Shown piece by piece: positions 56,001 to 64,000 of a DNA stretch of 64,000 nucleotides. The DNA is from Myxococcota bacterium. GTDB taxonomy: Bacteria; Myxococcota_A; SURF-8. The stretch spans positions 663,318-727,317 of the forward strand of contig CAXXPQ010000001.1 in NCBI GenBank assembly GCA_963668655.2, read 5' to 3'. The notes beneath the pieces are model-generated. The model was given only the letters and a program-made list of their open reading frames with translations, made no database searches and was not told the DNA's origin. How positions within the stretch are numbered: the first letter of the stretch is position 1; each line of letters begins with the position of its first letter. A program made the position numbers and the translations under genes.

Positions 56001-59000
56001 CGGGAGAGGATCTCCAGCAGTTCGTCGTAGTTTTCCTCTTCGGAGTAGATGCCCTCCAGGGCCTCCAGGGCCTCGCCGCATTGGGGATCGTCCGCGACCA
56101 CGCTGCGATAGAAGGTCTTGGCCTGTTGCAGATCGCCGAGTTCGGTGCGGTAAAGTGCGGCGATGCGCAGGCGGAGCCGGCTGATTTCCGCCGGATCGCT
56201 GACCAGATGCATCTTCTTGCGAAGCATCTCCGCCAGGGGTTTCCAATCTCCCCTGGCCTCGAAAATCCCGATCAGGGCGTCCACCGCCGGTTCGCAGCGG
56301 TCGTCCATCTTCAGAACCTGGTAATAGGTTTTGACGGCCCGGTCGGTCTGTTCCAGGCGGGTATTGAAGATCTCCGCCACGCGGCATCCCACGGCGACCT
56401 TTTCCTCCTGGTTCATGTACGGAATCTTCATCTGATAGGCGCCCACCAGTTCCGCCCACTCGTCGCGGGACTCGTGATAGGCGATGAGGAATTCCACGGC
56501 ATGGTCGTCGAAGGTCTTGGTGCCCAGAAACGCCTTGTAATAATCCGCCGCCTCGTCCAGGCGATCCAGTTTGCGTTCCAGAATGTTGGCGATGCGCAGG
56601 GTGAAGGCTTTGAAGAGACGTTCCTCCTCCTCCACCTGGGGAATCAGGCCGGAAAGCAGCTCGACGAAATCGGCGTGCCGCTCGGTGTCCGCGCTGAGCT
56701 GCCCCAGTTTTTCCAGCAGCGAGGCGTCGTCGAACTCGATTCGGAACAGTTCCGCCAGCGCGTCATAGGCCGCCGAGAACTCGCCCAGTTTTTCCTCCTG
56801 GATTTCGGCCGTCTGGCGCAGCATGATGCAGCGCTCGGGCAACTCGGCTTCCTCCATGCGCACCCGTAGCACGCCGATGAGCTTTTCCCACTCGCCGGAG
56901 GTGCGGTAATAATCCTCCAGGAGTTCGGCGGCCTGGAGGTTCTTCGGTTGAATTTCCAGCACTTTCTCGTAGCTGAGCTTGGTGCTTTCGTTGTCTCCGA
57001 TGCGGTCGCGCCAGATCTCGGCCATGCGGAAATGAATGGCCACCTTGGTGGCGTCCTCCTCCGCCAGAAGCGCCTGGCGGTCCAGGATTTCCAGGTACAG
57101 CCGGTGGGAATCCGTCGCGCCGAACAATTCCTCCAGCCGGGCGACCTCCACCGCCGTCGGATCCGCGGCCAGAAGCTGACGGGTGAGATTTTCCGCTCCG
57201 GCGCGATCCCGAAGATATCCCAGGCGCAGGGCCACCAGCCGCAGATTCAAGGCCCGCAGGTCGGCGCCTTGGAGACGCGGAGCCAGCCGTTGCAGCAATT
57301 CGGCCAGCTTCGCCCAGGACTGGTTCTTCTGATACAGTTGCTCCAGGCGGTCCACCGTCTCCATGTCCTCGGGGCTGTATTCCAGCACCTTGAGCAGAAG
57401 CTGGGCGGCCTGGTCTTCCTGGCCCAGGTGATCCAGATGGACCAGAGCCATTTTCTTCACGATTCCGGCCCGTTCGGCCGCTCCGCGCGCTCCACGCAGA
57501 CGCTTTTTCAGGTGTCCGATCAGGTCGCTCCACATTTCCTCGCGCTCGTAGAGATTTTCCAGCTTCTCCATGAGCGCCTCGTTGCGGTCGTCGAATTGCA
57601 GGACGCGCTTCCAGATCGGAATGGCCTCCCGGGGCTGGCCCAGGCGGCGGTCGATCACGTCGGCCATGCGGGCGTAGAGCCGGGCCTTCTTGGTGTCGCC
57701 GCGCGCGATGCGGATCTCGGCCTTGTAGATATCCACGAGTTGATCCCACATCTCCTCGTTCTCGTACAGCCGTTCCAGGGCGGCCAGGGCCGCCGCGTTC
57801 TCGGGCTCCTCGTGCAGAACTTGTCCGAACATGTCGATGGCGGTGAGGTTGTCGCCCAGTTTTTCTTCCCAAAGGCCGCCCAGGCGCAGGCGCTGTTCCA
57901 GGATCTCCTGCCGGTCGTCGAACATGGCGAATTCGCGCGGAATCAGTTCCACCAGGTCCGCGAAGCGCTCGGTGCGTTCGTACAGGCGATCCAGGGCGGC
58001 CATGGCGGTGAAATGCTTTTCGTCGATGTCGAGAATCTGGGTGTAGGCGTCGATGGCCCGTTCGTCCTCGTGAAGTTGGTTCTCGCAGATCCGGGCGATT
58101 TTCATCAGGAATTCCAGGCGGATATCCTGTTCCTCGACCTCCTCGAAGAGTTCGCGATAGGTGTCCACCAGGCCGTCGTATCCGCCCGTGGCGGTGGCCA
58201 GCCGTTCCATTTCCTTTCGGGCGTTTTCGCTGCGGAAATCGTCCCGAAGGATGCGGCGGGCCACGTCGAAGGCCTGGACCGGGTTGTCCAGCTTTTCTTC
58301 ATAGACCAGTTTAAGGCGCGCCCAGGTGGATTTCTGTTCCTCCTCTCCGGCCATGGCGGCGGCATAGGTTTCGAGCAGATCGGCCAGACGCTGCCACCAG
58401 CCCTTGTCCTCCAGGATGGGAGACAGGATGGCCAGGGCCTCGCCGCGGAACCCGGTTTCGGCCACCATGCGTTCCAGGGCTTCCAGGGTGCGGGCGTGCT
58501 CGTCGTCCTCGATCAGGATATTGCGATAGATGCCGAGGGATTGCTGGGATCGGTCCAGGTGTTCCTCCAGCAGGCGACCCTTGCGGAACTCCAGATCGTG
58601 ACGCGGCGCGCCGTCCTCGGTGATCGCGATGCGGCGGTCCAGGATGCCGTCCAGTTCCTCGTAGTGTTCCAGGTCGAGATACAGCCGGTCCAGTTCGGCC
58701 AGTCCCGGGCCGTGTTCCGGGTCCACGTCCAGCACTTCCAGGAAGGCCGCCACGGCGGCGGGCTGGTCCACCATGCGGTATTCCAGCACTTCCGCGGCGG
58801 AGGAGAGCAGGGCGATCTTCGCGGCGGGTTCCGCGGCCAGTTCGGCCTTGCGCTTGAGCACGCGCACCAGCTTTTCCCAATCCTCCAGGCGTTCGTGAAT
58901 CCGTTGCAGGTTGTCGAGAGCCGGACCGTTTTCCGGATCCAGGGTTTCCACCAGTTCGAAATCCGGCTCCGCGCCGGCGGGATCGTCCAGTTTTTCCAGT

Positions 59001-62000
59001 ACGATGCGACCCGCGCCCAGCAGCAGCGCGGTCTGCAAGGCCATGTCATCGACACGATCCACCATGCTTCGATAGGCGGAGGCCGCGTCCATCCAGCGGC
59101 CCGAGTCCTCGGCCAGGCGTTCCAGCAGGGTGCGGATGTCCGGGTTGGCGGCATCGGAATCGAAAGCCGAAAGGGCGGAGGAAAAGGCCCGGTTGGCGTC
59201 GAACAGCATGCTTTCCGCGATGTGTGTCATCCGCAGGTACAGATCGCGCCGGTCTTCCGGGGTCGGGGCGTGATTCGCCTGGATGTCCAGGGTGCGGATC
59301 ATGGGATCGAAACGTCCCTCCACTTCGTAAATGGGTTCCAGCACCTTCGCGGCGGCCAGTTCGGCTTCCGGAATCCGCAGAAGTTCTTCCAGGGCTTCCC
59401 GGGTGGCGACGTACTGGCGATTTTCCTCCAGAATGGAGGCAAAGCCCTCGATGGCCTCCGGGATGCGATCCAGTTGCTGCCAGAGAACCAGTCCGATCTC
59501 GTGACGCAGATCCCAGGCTTCCTCTTCGTCCCGGGCCAGTTCGAGCTGACGCAGGCGCACGCCGTGCAGTTCCTCCCAGCGTTCCTCGTTGGCGGTCAGC
59601 CGCACCAAGGCTTTCAGCGCCTCGCGGTCGGTGTCGTCCAGGACCAGGATCCGTCGGTAGGTATCGATGGATGCGGCGTTGTCCGCCATCTCCTCCTCGA
59701 ACAGCGTGGCGATCTTGAACAGGAGATCTTTGCGCGTCTCCAGATCCTCGGAAAGGGCGAACTTGCGTTCCAGGATGTCCACCAGTTCCGGCCATTGCCG
59801 TTCCACGTTGTAGATGCGTTCCAGGTTATCCAGCGCTTCCAGGTGCTGCGCGTCCAGCACCAGCACCTGCCGGTAATGCTCCGCGCTGTCTTCGACGCGC
59901 TGGAGGTGGGTTTCGGCCAGGGCGGCGGCGCGCATGCGAATGGCGACGATCAGGTCGGCTTCTTCCTCGGCGGAAAGCTGCCCGATCTTTTCGTCGAACA
60001 GCGTGGCGAGCTGTTCGAACTGGCCCAGGGTGGCGGCCAGGCGCTCCAGGTGATCCTGGACGTCGAACACGTCCGGGCGTTCGCGGAAGGCGCGGGTATA
60101 GACGCCGAAGGCCAGCATGGGGCCGCTCAGGCGCTCTTCCCACAGAACCGCGATGGATTGCAGCAATTCCAGACGTTCGTCCCGGTCCGTGCTATGGATA
60201 AATATGTACTCCCGCATGTCCACCAGGCGGTCCCAGTCTTCCCGGCGCTCGTAGAACGGCGCCAGGTAGCGGGCCAGTTCTTCCTGGAACTCCTCGCGTT
60301 CCACGTAGGATTCCAGCGTTTGCAGAGCGCGCTCGTTGTCCTCGTTTTCATCCAGGATGCGTTTATAGATGTCCTTGGATTCGGCGGACTGGTTCAGATA
60401 GGCCTCGTGCAGTTCGGCCTTGGCGACGAGCAGGGCGTGGCGCACGACCATGTCGTCCATGAAGGCGACTTTCTTCTCCAGAAAGAGCGCCTTGTTCTCC
60501 CAGTCGCCGCTCGTGTCGTAAAGTCCCAAAAGCGTATCGATGGGCTCCAGGTCGTCCGGGGAGAGTTCGTGGATTTTCTCGTAGTAGGGAATGGCGCCCA
60601 CCGGATCGTCCAGTTTTTCCTCGAAAACCGCGCAGGTCTTCCGATACAGGGCGATCTTCTCCTCGGTTTCCTCCACGTGTTCCGCCCGCTGGAGGTAGGT
60701 CCGGTACAGATCTTCCCAGCGTTCGATCCGGTTGCAGATGCTCTCCACGGCCTCCACGGCCGTCTCGTTGTTGGGATCCCGGTCGAAGACGCGGCGATAG
60801 GCGCCGATGGCGTTTTCCGGTTCGGCCAGGATGTCCTCGGTCAGAAGAGCGGCCTTGATGAACAGCTCGGAGGAACGTTCCAGATCCTCCGCGTTTTCCG
60901 CCGCGTGGGCGCAGGCGTCCGCGAGCGGCCGCCACCAGCCCAGTTCTCCGGCCAGTTTCTCCAGTTCGTCCAGGGCGGCGTCGTTGGAGGGATCGTCCGC
61001 GAAGACGCGCGCGAAGCCCTCGAAGGCCTTTTCGTTGTCCTGGAGTTCCCCGTAGATGCCGGAAATCTTCTCCAGCAGCGTGGCTTTCTGGGCGGGGGAG
61101 TCCGCGTTTTTCAGTTTGATTTCGTAGACCTGGACCAGACGTTTCCAGTCCTGGGCCTTGATGTATTTCTCCTCCATCTCCTCCGCGAACAGCAGGCTGG
61201 TGCTGTCCTGGGAGAGCAGGCGGCCGACGAGCGCGCCGACCACGGGGCTGTTGGTGTAATTGCGCGCCAGGTCGAGATAGATCTCCACGGCCTCGTCCAG
61301 GCGTTCCAGGTTGTTTTCCAGAAGCGAACCCATCTGAATCTTCACCGGCAGGATGTCGTCGTCCTCCCGCAGGTATTTCAGCTTGCGTTCCAGAAGGTCG
61401 TAAAGTTCCCCGTAACGTTCCCCGGCGTGAAGGATTTCCTCCATTTTCTCGAAGACTTCGGGGTCGTTCTCCCGTTCCTCCAGAAGCCCGCCCAGAAGTT
61501 CCAGGGCGGCCTCCGGATTGTCCAGCCGGCGATAATTGTGCAGGGCCAGTTCCAGGGCCACCTCGCGCCGGGCGCTCTTTTCGGTGGAGGCCGCCAGCTT
61601 GCGTTCCATCAGGTCGGCCAGGGCGTGATCGTCCCCGCTTTCCCGGCTCAGATCCACCAGGGCTCCCAGGGCGGCTTCGTTGGCGGCGTCCACGTCCAGG
61701 ATGGCCTGATAGCGGGCCCGGGCCTCTTCCGGCCGGTCGAGACGATCCTTTTCCATCTCGGCGGCCGTAAACAGAATCTGCACCCGGTGTTTGTCTTTCA
61801 GATCCCGGGCCAGCTTCAGATCGCAGAATTCGATGAATTCCCCGTCGCTTCCGGTGGCGATGGCGGTGCGAAGCAGATCCTTCAGCGCCGCGATGCCTTC
61901 GTCCGACAAAAAAGCCTTTCCGAACCACTTGAACGCCTGGGGAGCGTCGTTCAGGTCTTCCTCGTACATGCGCGCGATGCGGCGGGCCTGCCGGATGGCC

Positions 62001-64000
62001 TCCTCGCCCTCGGCCTGTTCGTGTTCCACGATGAGGGTTTTCACCAGCTTCTGGTGTTCCTGCTGTTCCTCGTACAGCGGACGCAGCACCGCAGCCACTT
62101 CCAAACCGCCCATCCCGCGCTCGAACAGGCGTTCCAGCGCCTCGAACGCCCGGGCGTCGTGGGCGTCTTCCTCCAGCACTTCCCGGTAGAGCGACGTGGC
62201 GCGCACGGGATCCTTCAACTGTTCCTCGTTCAGGTCGGCCAGCCGGACCTTCAGGTCCAGACGTTCTTCCTTGTCGTCCGAGACGCGGACGCGCTCTTCC
62301 AGTTCGGCGGCCAGATCCTCCCAGCGCTCCAGTTCCCGCAACAGGCGTAAAACGGCGTCCCGGGCCGGTTTGTCCCGGTCGTCCATCTCCAGAAGTTTCC
62401 GCCAGGCGGCCAGGGCTTTCTCGTTGTCGAACAGCTTGTTTTCGGCCACGTCGGCCAGGAGCAGCAGGCGTTCCCGCTTGCGTTCCGGCTGCTTGGAGAG
62501 ATCCGCCAGCTTGTCGGTCATCTCCGCCCAGTCCGTCCAGTTCTCCATCTGTTCCATGAAGTCGGCGGCTTCCCGCAGAACCTCCACGTCCTCCGGAGCC
62601 GCTTCCGTGGCGGAAAGATATTGCAGTTCGGCGTTTTCGCCGTCCTGCATGCCGTCCCAGTACAGACGCCCCAGGGCCACGGCGAAACGCGCCCGTTTTT
62701 CCGGATCCTCCAGGGAGTCCGCCTTGTTCTCAAGCGTTTCGAGCAACTCGGGCTGTTTGTCCAGCTTGCGGGAGATTTCCAGGGCCCGCATCAGGAATTT
62801 CACGCTGGCATAGGGGATTTCCAGGCCCTTCTGCACCCAGGCGTAGGCCTGTTCGGGCAGCATGCGCTGTTCCAGGTTCAGCCCGGCCAGTTTGTGGCAC
62901 AGTTCCCCGCGTTTCTGCGGATCTTCCTCGCTGCGCAAAAGGGCCACGTAGCCGTCGTTCAGCTTGTCCCATTTTTCCAGGTTGTGATAGTAGCTCTCCA
63001 GTCCCTGGAAGATCTCGTTGGGAAGGATGTCCTCTTCCAGGAAGGTTTCCAGCCGTTCGATGGCCGGAAGGTGGGCCGGGTCCAGCTTCACGCCGTCCAG
63101 GTAGGCCATGGCCGCGGCCTCGCGGTCGTCCAGCCGGTTGAGGAACAGATCCCCGAGACGGTCGTACAGGGCGACTTTCTCCGGGATGGAGGTGATGGCC
63201 CCCAGTTGCTGTTCGATGATCCGGGCCAGTTCGTCGAAGCGTTCGGCCTTTTCCAGGCGGGCCGAGAGTCGGCGGTAGGCTTCGATTTCGTCCGGCGCGG
63301 CCTCGATGACCTTGAAATAGGCCGCGATGGCCGCTTCTTCGTCCTTTACCTCCTCCTCGATCACCCGTGCCTTTTCCAGCAGGATGTCCCGGCGCTCCTC
63401 GGCGTCCAGGGCCATTTCCGCCTTTTTGTCCAGGATCTCCAGAAGGCGCTCCCAGCGCTCGTTCTTGGCGTACAGACGCTCCAGGGCGTCCAGGGTGTCC
63501 AGGGTGGCCTCGTCCTCGAACAGTTCCCGATAACAGGCTTCGGCCTCGTCGATCTGGCTCAGTTCCCGGTCGTAAATCTGCCCCAGCTTGAACAGCAGAT
63601 CCCGCCAGTTTTCCGGGCGTTCCTCCCGGTAGATCAGGTAGCGCAGCCGGTCCACCAGCCGTTCCCAGCCGTCCAGTTCGATGGCCAGATCCTCCAGAAC
63701 GCCCAGGGTGTCCTCGTCCGTGGGATCGAGCAGAAAGGCTTCCGCGTAGTGCCGGAAGGCTTCCTCGTTTCTGCCGAATTCCTTTTCCAGCAGCTTGGCG
63801 AAGCCCAGTTCCGCCTCCCGGCGGTTCCCGCGATCCTTCGTGGCGGCGATCAGAAGCGGATACAGATCCAGCAGTTTATCGAATTCCTCCTCGTCCCGGT
63901 ACAGCTCCACCAGGTTGCGCACGGCCTCGGCGTTCTGCGGCTCCAGGTCCAGCACCGCCTGGTAATGGGGAATGATATCCCGGGGGTCGTCCCCGGCGTC
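53057..64000 (-). CDS. Giant TPR-repeat protein (more than 3647 aa, 5' end outside window) with ~330-aa non-TPR C-terminal domain
   Basis: The frame stays open from 63955 to the window edge (..DAGDDPRDIIPHYQAVLDLEPQN..), so the listed start is internal. Repeated W..L..L.....D...A...Y..VL..DP.N..AL..L..LY units run throughout. Stop at 53057. Confidence 0.85.
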   Translation of the reverse strand, partial: DAGDDPRDIIPHYQAVLDLEPQNAEAVRNLVELYRDEEEFDKLLDLYPLLIAATKDRGNRREAELGFAKLLEKEFGRNEEAFRHYAEAFLLDPTDEDTLGVLEDLAIELDGWERLVDRLRYLIYREERPENWRDLLFKLGQIYDRELSQIDEAEACYRELFEDEATLDTLDALERLYAKNERWERLLEILDKKAEMALDAEERRDILLEKARVIEEEVKDEEAAIAAYFKVIEAAPDEIEAYRRLSARLEKAERFDELARIIEQQLGAITSIPEKVALYDRLGDLFLNRLDDREAAAMAYLDGVKLDPAHLPAIERLETFLEEDILPNEIFQGLESYYHNLEKWDKLNDGYVALLRSEEDPQKRGELCHKLAGLNLEQRMLPEQAYAWVQKGLEIPYASVKFLMRALEISRKLDKQPELLETLENKADSLEDPEKRARFAVALGRLYWDGMQDGENAELQYLSATEAAPEDVEVLREAADFMEQMENWTDWAEMTDKLADLSKQPERKRERLLLLADVAENKLFDNEKALAAWRKLLEMDDRDKPARDAVLRLLRELERWEDLAAELEERVRVSDDKEERLDLKVRLADLNEEQLKDPVRATSLYREVLEEDAHDARAFEALERLFERGMGGLEVAAVLRPLYEEQQEHQKLVKTLIVEHEQAEGEEAIRQARRIARMYEEDLNDAPQAFKWFGKAFLSDEGIAALKDLLRTAIATGSDGEFIEFCDLKLARDLKDKHRVQILFTAAEMEKDRLDRPEEARARYQAILDVDAANEAALGALVDLSRESGDDHALADLMERKLAASTEKSARREVALELALHNYRRLDNPEAALELLGGLLEERENDPEVFEKMEEILHAGERYGELYDLLERKLKYLREDDDILPVKIQMGSLLENNLERLDEAVEIYLDLARNYTNSPVVGALVGRLLSQDSTSLLFAEEMEEKYIKAQDWKRLVQVYEIKLKNADSPAQKATLLEKISGIYGELQDNEKAFEGFARVFADDPSNDAALDELEKLAGELGWWRPLADACAHAAENAEDLERSSELFIKAALLTEDILAEPENAIGAYRRVFDRDPNNETAVEAVESICNRIERWEDLYRTYLQRAEHVEETEEKIALYRKTCAVFEEKLDDPVGAIPYYEKIHELSPDDLEPIDTLLGLYDTSGDWENKALFLEKKVAFMDDMVVRHALLVAKAELHEAYLNQSAESKDIYKRILDENEDNERALQTLESYVEREEFQEELARYLAPFYERREDWDRLVDMREYIFIHSTDRDERLELLQSIAVLWEERLSGPMLAFGVYTRAFRERPDVFDVQDHLERLAATLGQFEQLATLFDEKIGQLSAEEEADLIVAIRMRAAALAETHLQRVEDSAEHYRQVLVLDAQHLEALDNLERIYNVERQWPELVDILERKFALSEDLETRKDLLFKIATLFEEEMADNAASIDTYRRILVLDDTDREALKALVRLTANEERWEELHGVRLRQLELARDEEEAWDLRHEIGLVLWQQLDRIPEAIEGFASILEENRQYVATREALEELLRIPEAELAAAKVLEPIYEVEGRFDPMIRTLDIQANHAPTPEDRRDLYLRMTHIAESMLFDANRAFSSALSAFDSDAANPDIRTLLERLAEDSGRWMDAASAYRSMVDRVDDMALQTALLLGAGRIVLEKLDDPAGAEPDFELVETLDPENGPALDNLQRIHERLEDWEKLVRVLKRKAELAAEPAAKIALLSSAAEVLEYRMVDQPAAVAAFLEVLDVDPEHGPGLAELDRLYLDLEHYEELDGILDRRIAITEDGAPRHDLEFRKGRLLEEHLDRSQQSLGIYRNILIEDDEHARTLEALERMVAETGFRGEALAILSPILEDKGWWQRLADLLETYAAAMAGEEEQKSTWARLKLVYEEKLDNPVQAFDVARRILRDDFRSENARKEMERLATATGGYDGLVDTYRELFEEVEEQDIRLEFLMKIARICENQLHEDERAIDAYTQILDIDEKHFTAMAALDRLYERTERFADLVELIPREFAMFDDRQEILEQRLRLGGLWEEKLGDNLTAIDMFGQVLHEEPENAAALAALERLYENEEMWDQLVDIYKAEIRIARGDTKKARLYARMADVIDRRLGQPREAIPIWKRVLQFDDRNEALMEKLENLYEREEMWSDLIGHLKKRLRGARGAAERAGIVKKMALVHLDHLGQEDQAAQLLLKVLEYSPEDMETVDRLEQLYQKNQSWAKLAELLQRLAPRLQGADLRALNLRLVALRLGYLRDRAGAENLTRQLLAADPTAVEVARLEELFGATDSHRLYLEILDRQALLAEEDATKVAIHFRMAEIWRDRIGDNESTKLSYEKVLEIQPKNLQAAELLEDYYRTSGEWEKLIGVLRVRMEEAELPERCIMLRQTAEIQEEKLGEFSAAYDALAELFRIEFDDASLLEKLGQLSADTERHADFVELLSGLIPQVEEEERLFKAFTLRIANILERKLDRLDEAADYYKAFLGTKTFDDHAVEFLIAYHESRDEWAELVGAYQMKIPYMNQEEKVAVGCRVAEIFNTRLEQTDRAVKTYYQVLKMDDRCEPAVDALIGIFEARGDWKPLAEMLRKKMHLVSDPAEISRLRLRIAALYRTELGDLQQAKTFYRSVVADDPQCGEALEALEGIYSEEENYDELLEILSRRVNVSEATEEKVSLYRKMAMIWLEKFVQPDMAVSYLEKALDLEPADLKSLETLERVYREAEDWPALASAYQRHLDQSIDADEIVGLCVKLGRIHGEFMFQPTQAVEFFNKALKIDETYVDAWQALADLYAAHEQWERAITTLERIADLSPDMKKKVAALAHVGRIHLEQLSDRESAKAVYDRMLALDPTFVPALQALRKYYAAVEDWPKFLETLAQEKQYVEDAEERGRLMYEEGRYYEEKENDLDQAIIIYREALSHAPDHLKLLQRLGRIHFEREHWDEAREILLHHLDVAADMPPAEKGLLHHKVATIAELQQNDNEALHHYTTAYKIDSNNLATLEGLSRTLERRGDWERAFRVTQTILARFRSKKSGSEIVELFCRLGRLNAKLGKIEASVRMFDKALERDPRSVLALTDLVNIYESLEMWKKALQNRAKLIKLVKDDDLFEQWKAVGEIYAEKLDNLEKGLEAYRHALEIKANDPALLTRLADLLLRSGNMEDAIGVLRGALELEEDDGRRLELNIHLGDLIMENGANPKDCLEYFNAALDIDPSRDDLFRKIEDFLMKREDWDELDSNYRLMITRIPQEDTDRWLGMWKKLGRLLANRDEYLDDAVQVWEVISRYDADNPATTEIMADLYLRSPKYQDKARQLYHSVLQQDPERVDAYRALWKIHFGAEEFDRAFIFASVADYLGGEGHPAAEFYRDNKHELKAEAIGTISRESWAGALLHPDARHSIGQILNILYHHIGGVMPSDLRQEGLKKKNRLDLSEHINICTTTVDILKTLNLPTPEIYMKQGYGPGVEPLAVQPMTLMIGADAFENFPQRELVFLMTSNAMLVRPDFLIPHMLSEGNVRALLDAAARLFDSGFQAAGNKAAVDELTKKIDKGLPKKVREPLGGFIGEYLESAKDLDIRRWRRALRLSAYRAGLLLCNDLATALKTLEKHPGRLTEEERAETVRELIAFFISPEYYRCRKELNLGIL

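Noticed and set aside
53015-62350. Very long plus-strand ORFs (53015..56869, 1284 aa; 56948..62350, 1800 aa) opposite the TPR gene
   Set aside because: These are antisense shadow ORFs typical of GC-rich DNA. The translations are low-complexity (runs of G/V/Q/H/L/F) with no motifs or RBS. The minus-strand product has clear TPR periodicity.

Overview
GC-rich 64-kb chromosomal window from a flagellated diderm bacterium; the lineage cannot be assigned from sequence alone. I call about 35 protein genes and found no rRNA, tRNA, CRISPR array, transposase or phage genes. Giant or cysteine-rich secreted proteins dominate: a 5'-truncated Cys-rich/PPC-domain protein (1-3552), a 1324-aa Cys-module lipoprotein (30724-34698), a 2388-aa FG-GAP lipoprotein (38755-45921) and a TPR protein of more than 3647 aa that runs off the window (53057-64000). 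The rest comprises a late flagellar cluster (fliC, fliC, flaG, an oversized fliD, fliS and a small ORF), two outer-membrane operons (FadL-like barrel with a lipoprotein; GH5 lipoprotein with a barrel), lipid genes (GDPD, PlsC-like plus GNAT-like, acyl-CoA ligase, SDR plus GT2), redox genes (peroxiredoxin; AsnB-like, glutamate-cysteine-ligase-like and glutaredoxin) and an RhlE-like helicase. The most unusual signals are three. First, two copies of a nested-palindromic intergenic element built from units matching the sigma-54 -24/-12 consensus on both strands. Second, 17 tandem copies of a 6-Cys module with beta-defensin-like cysteine spacing. Third, an acidic patch or polyacidic tether after the lipobox Cys of at least 8 lipoproteins. 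All functions are inferred from motifs read by eye; no database search was run. The many long antisense ORFs are GC-driven shadows.
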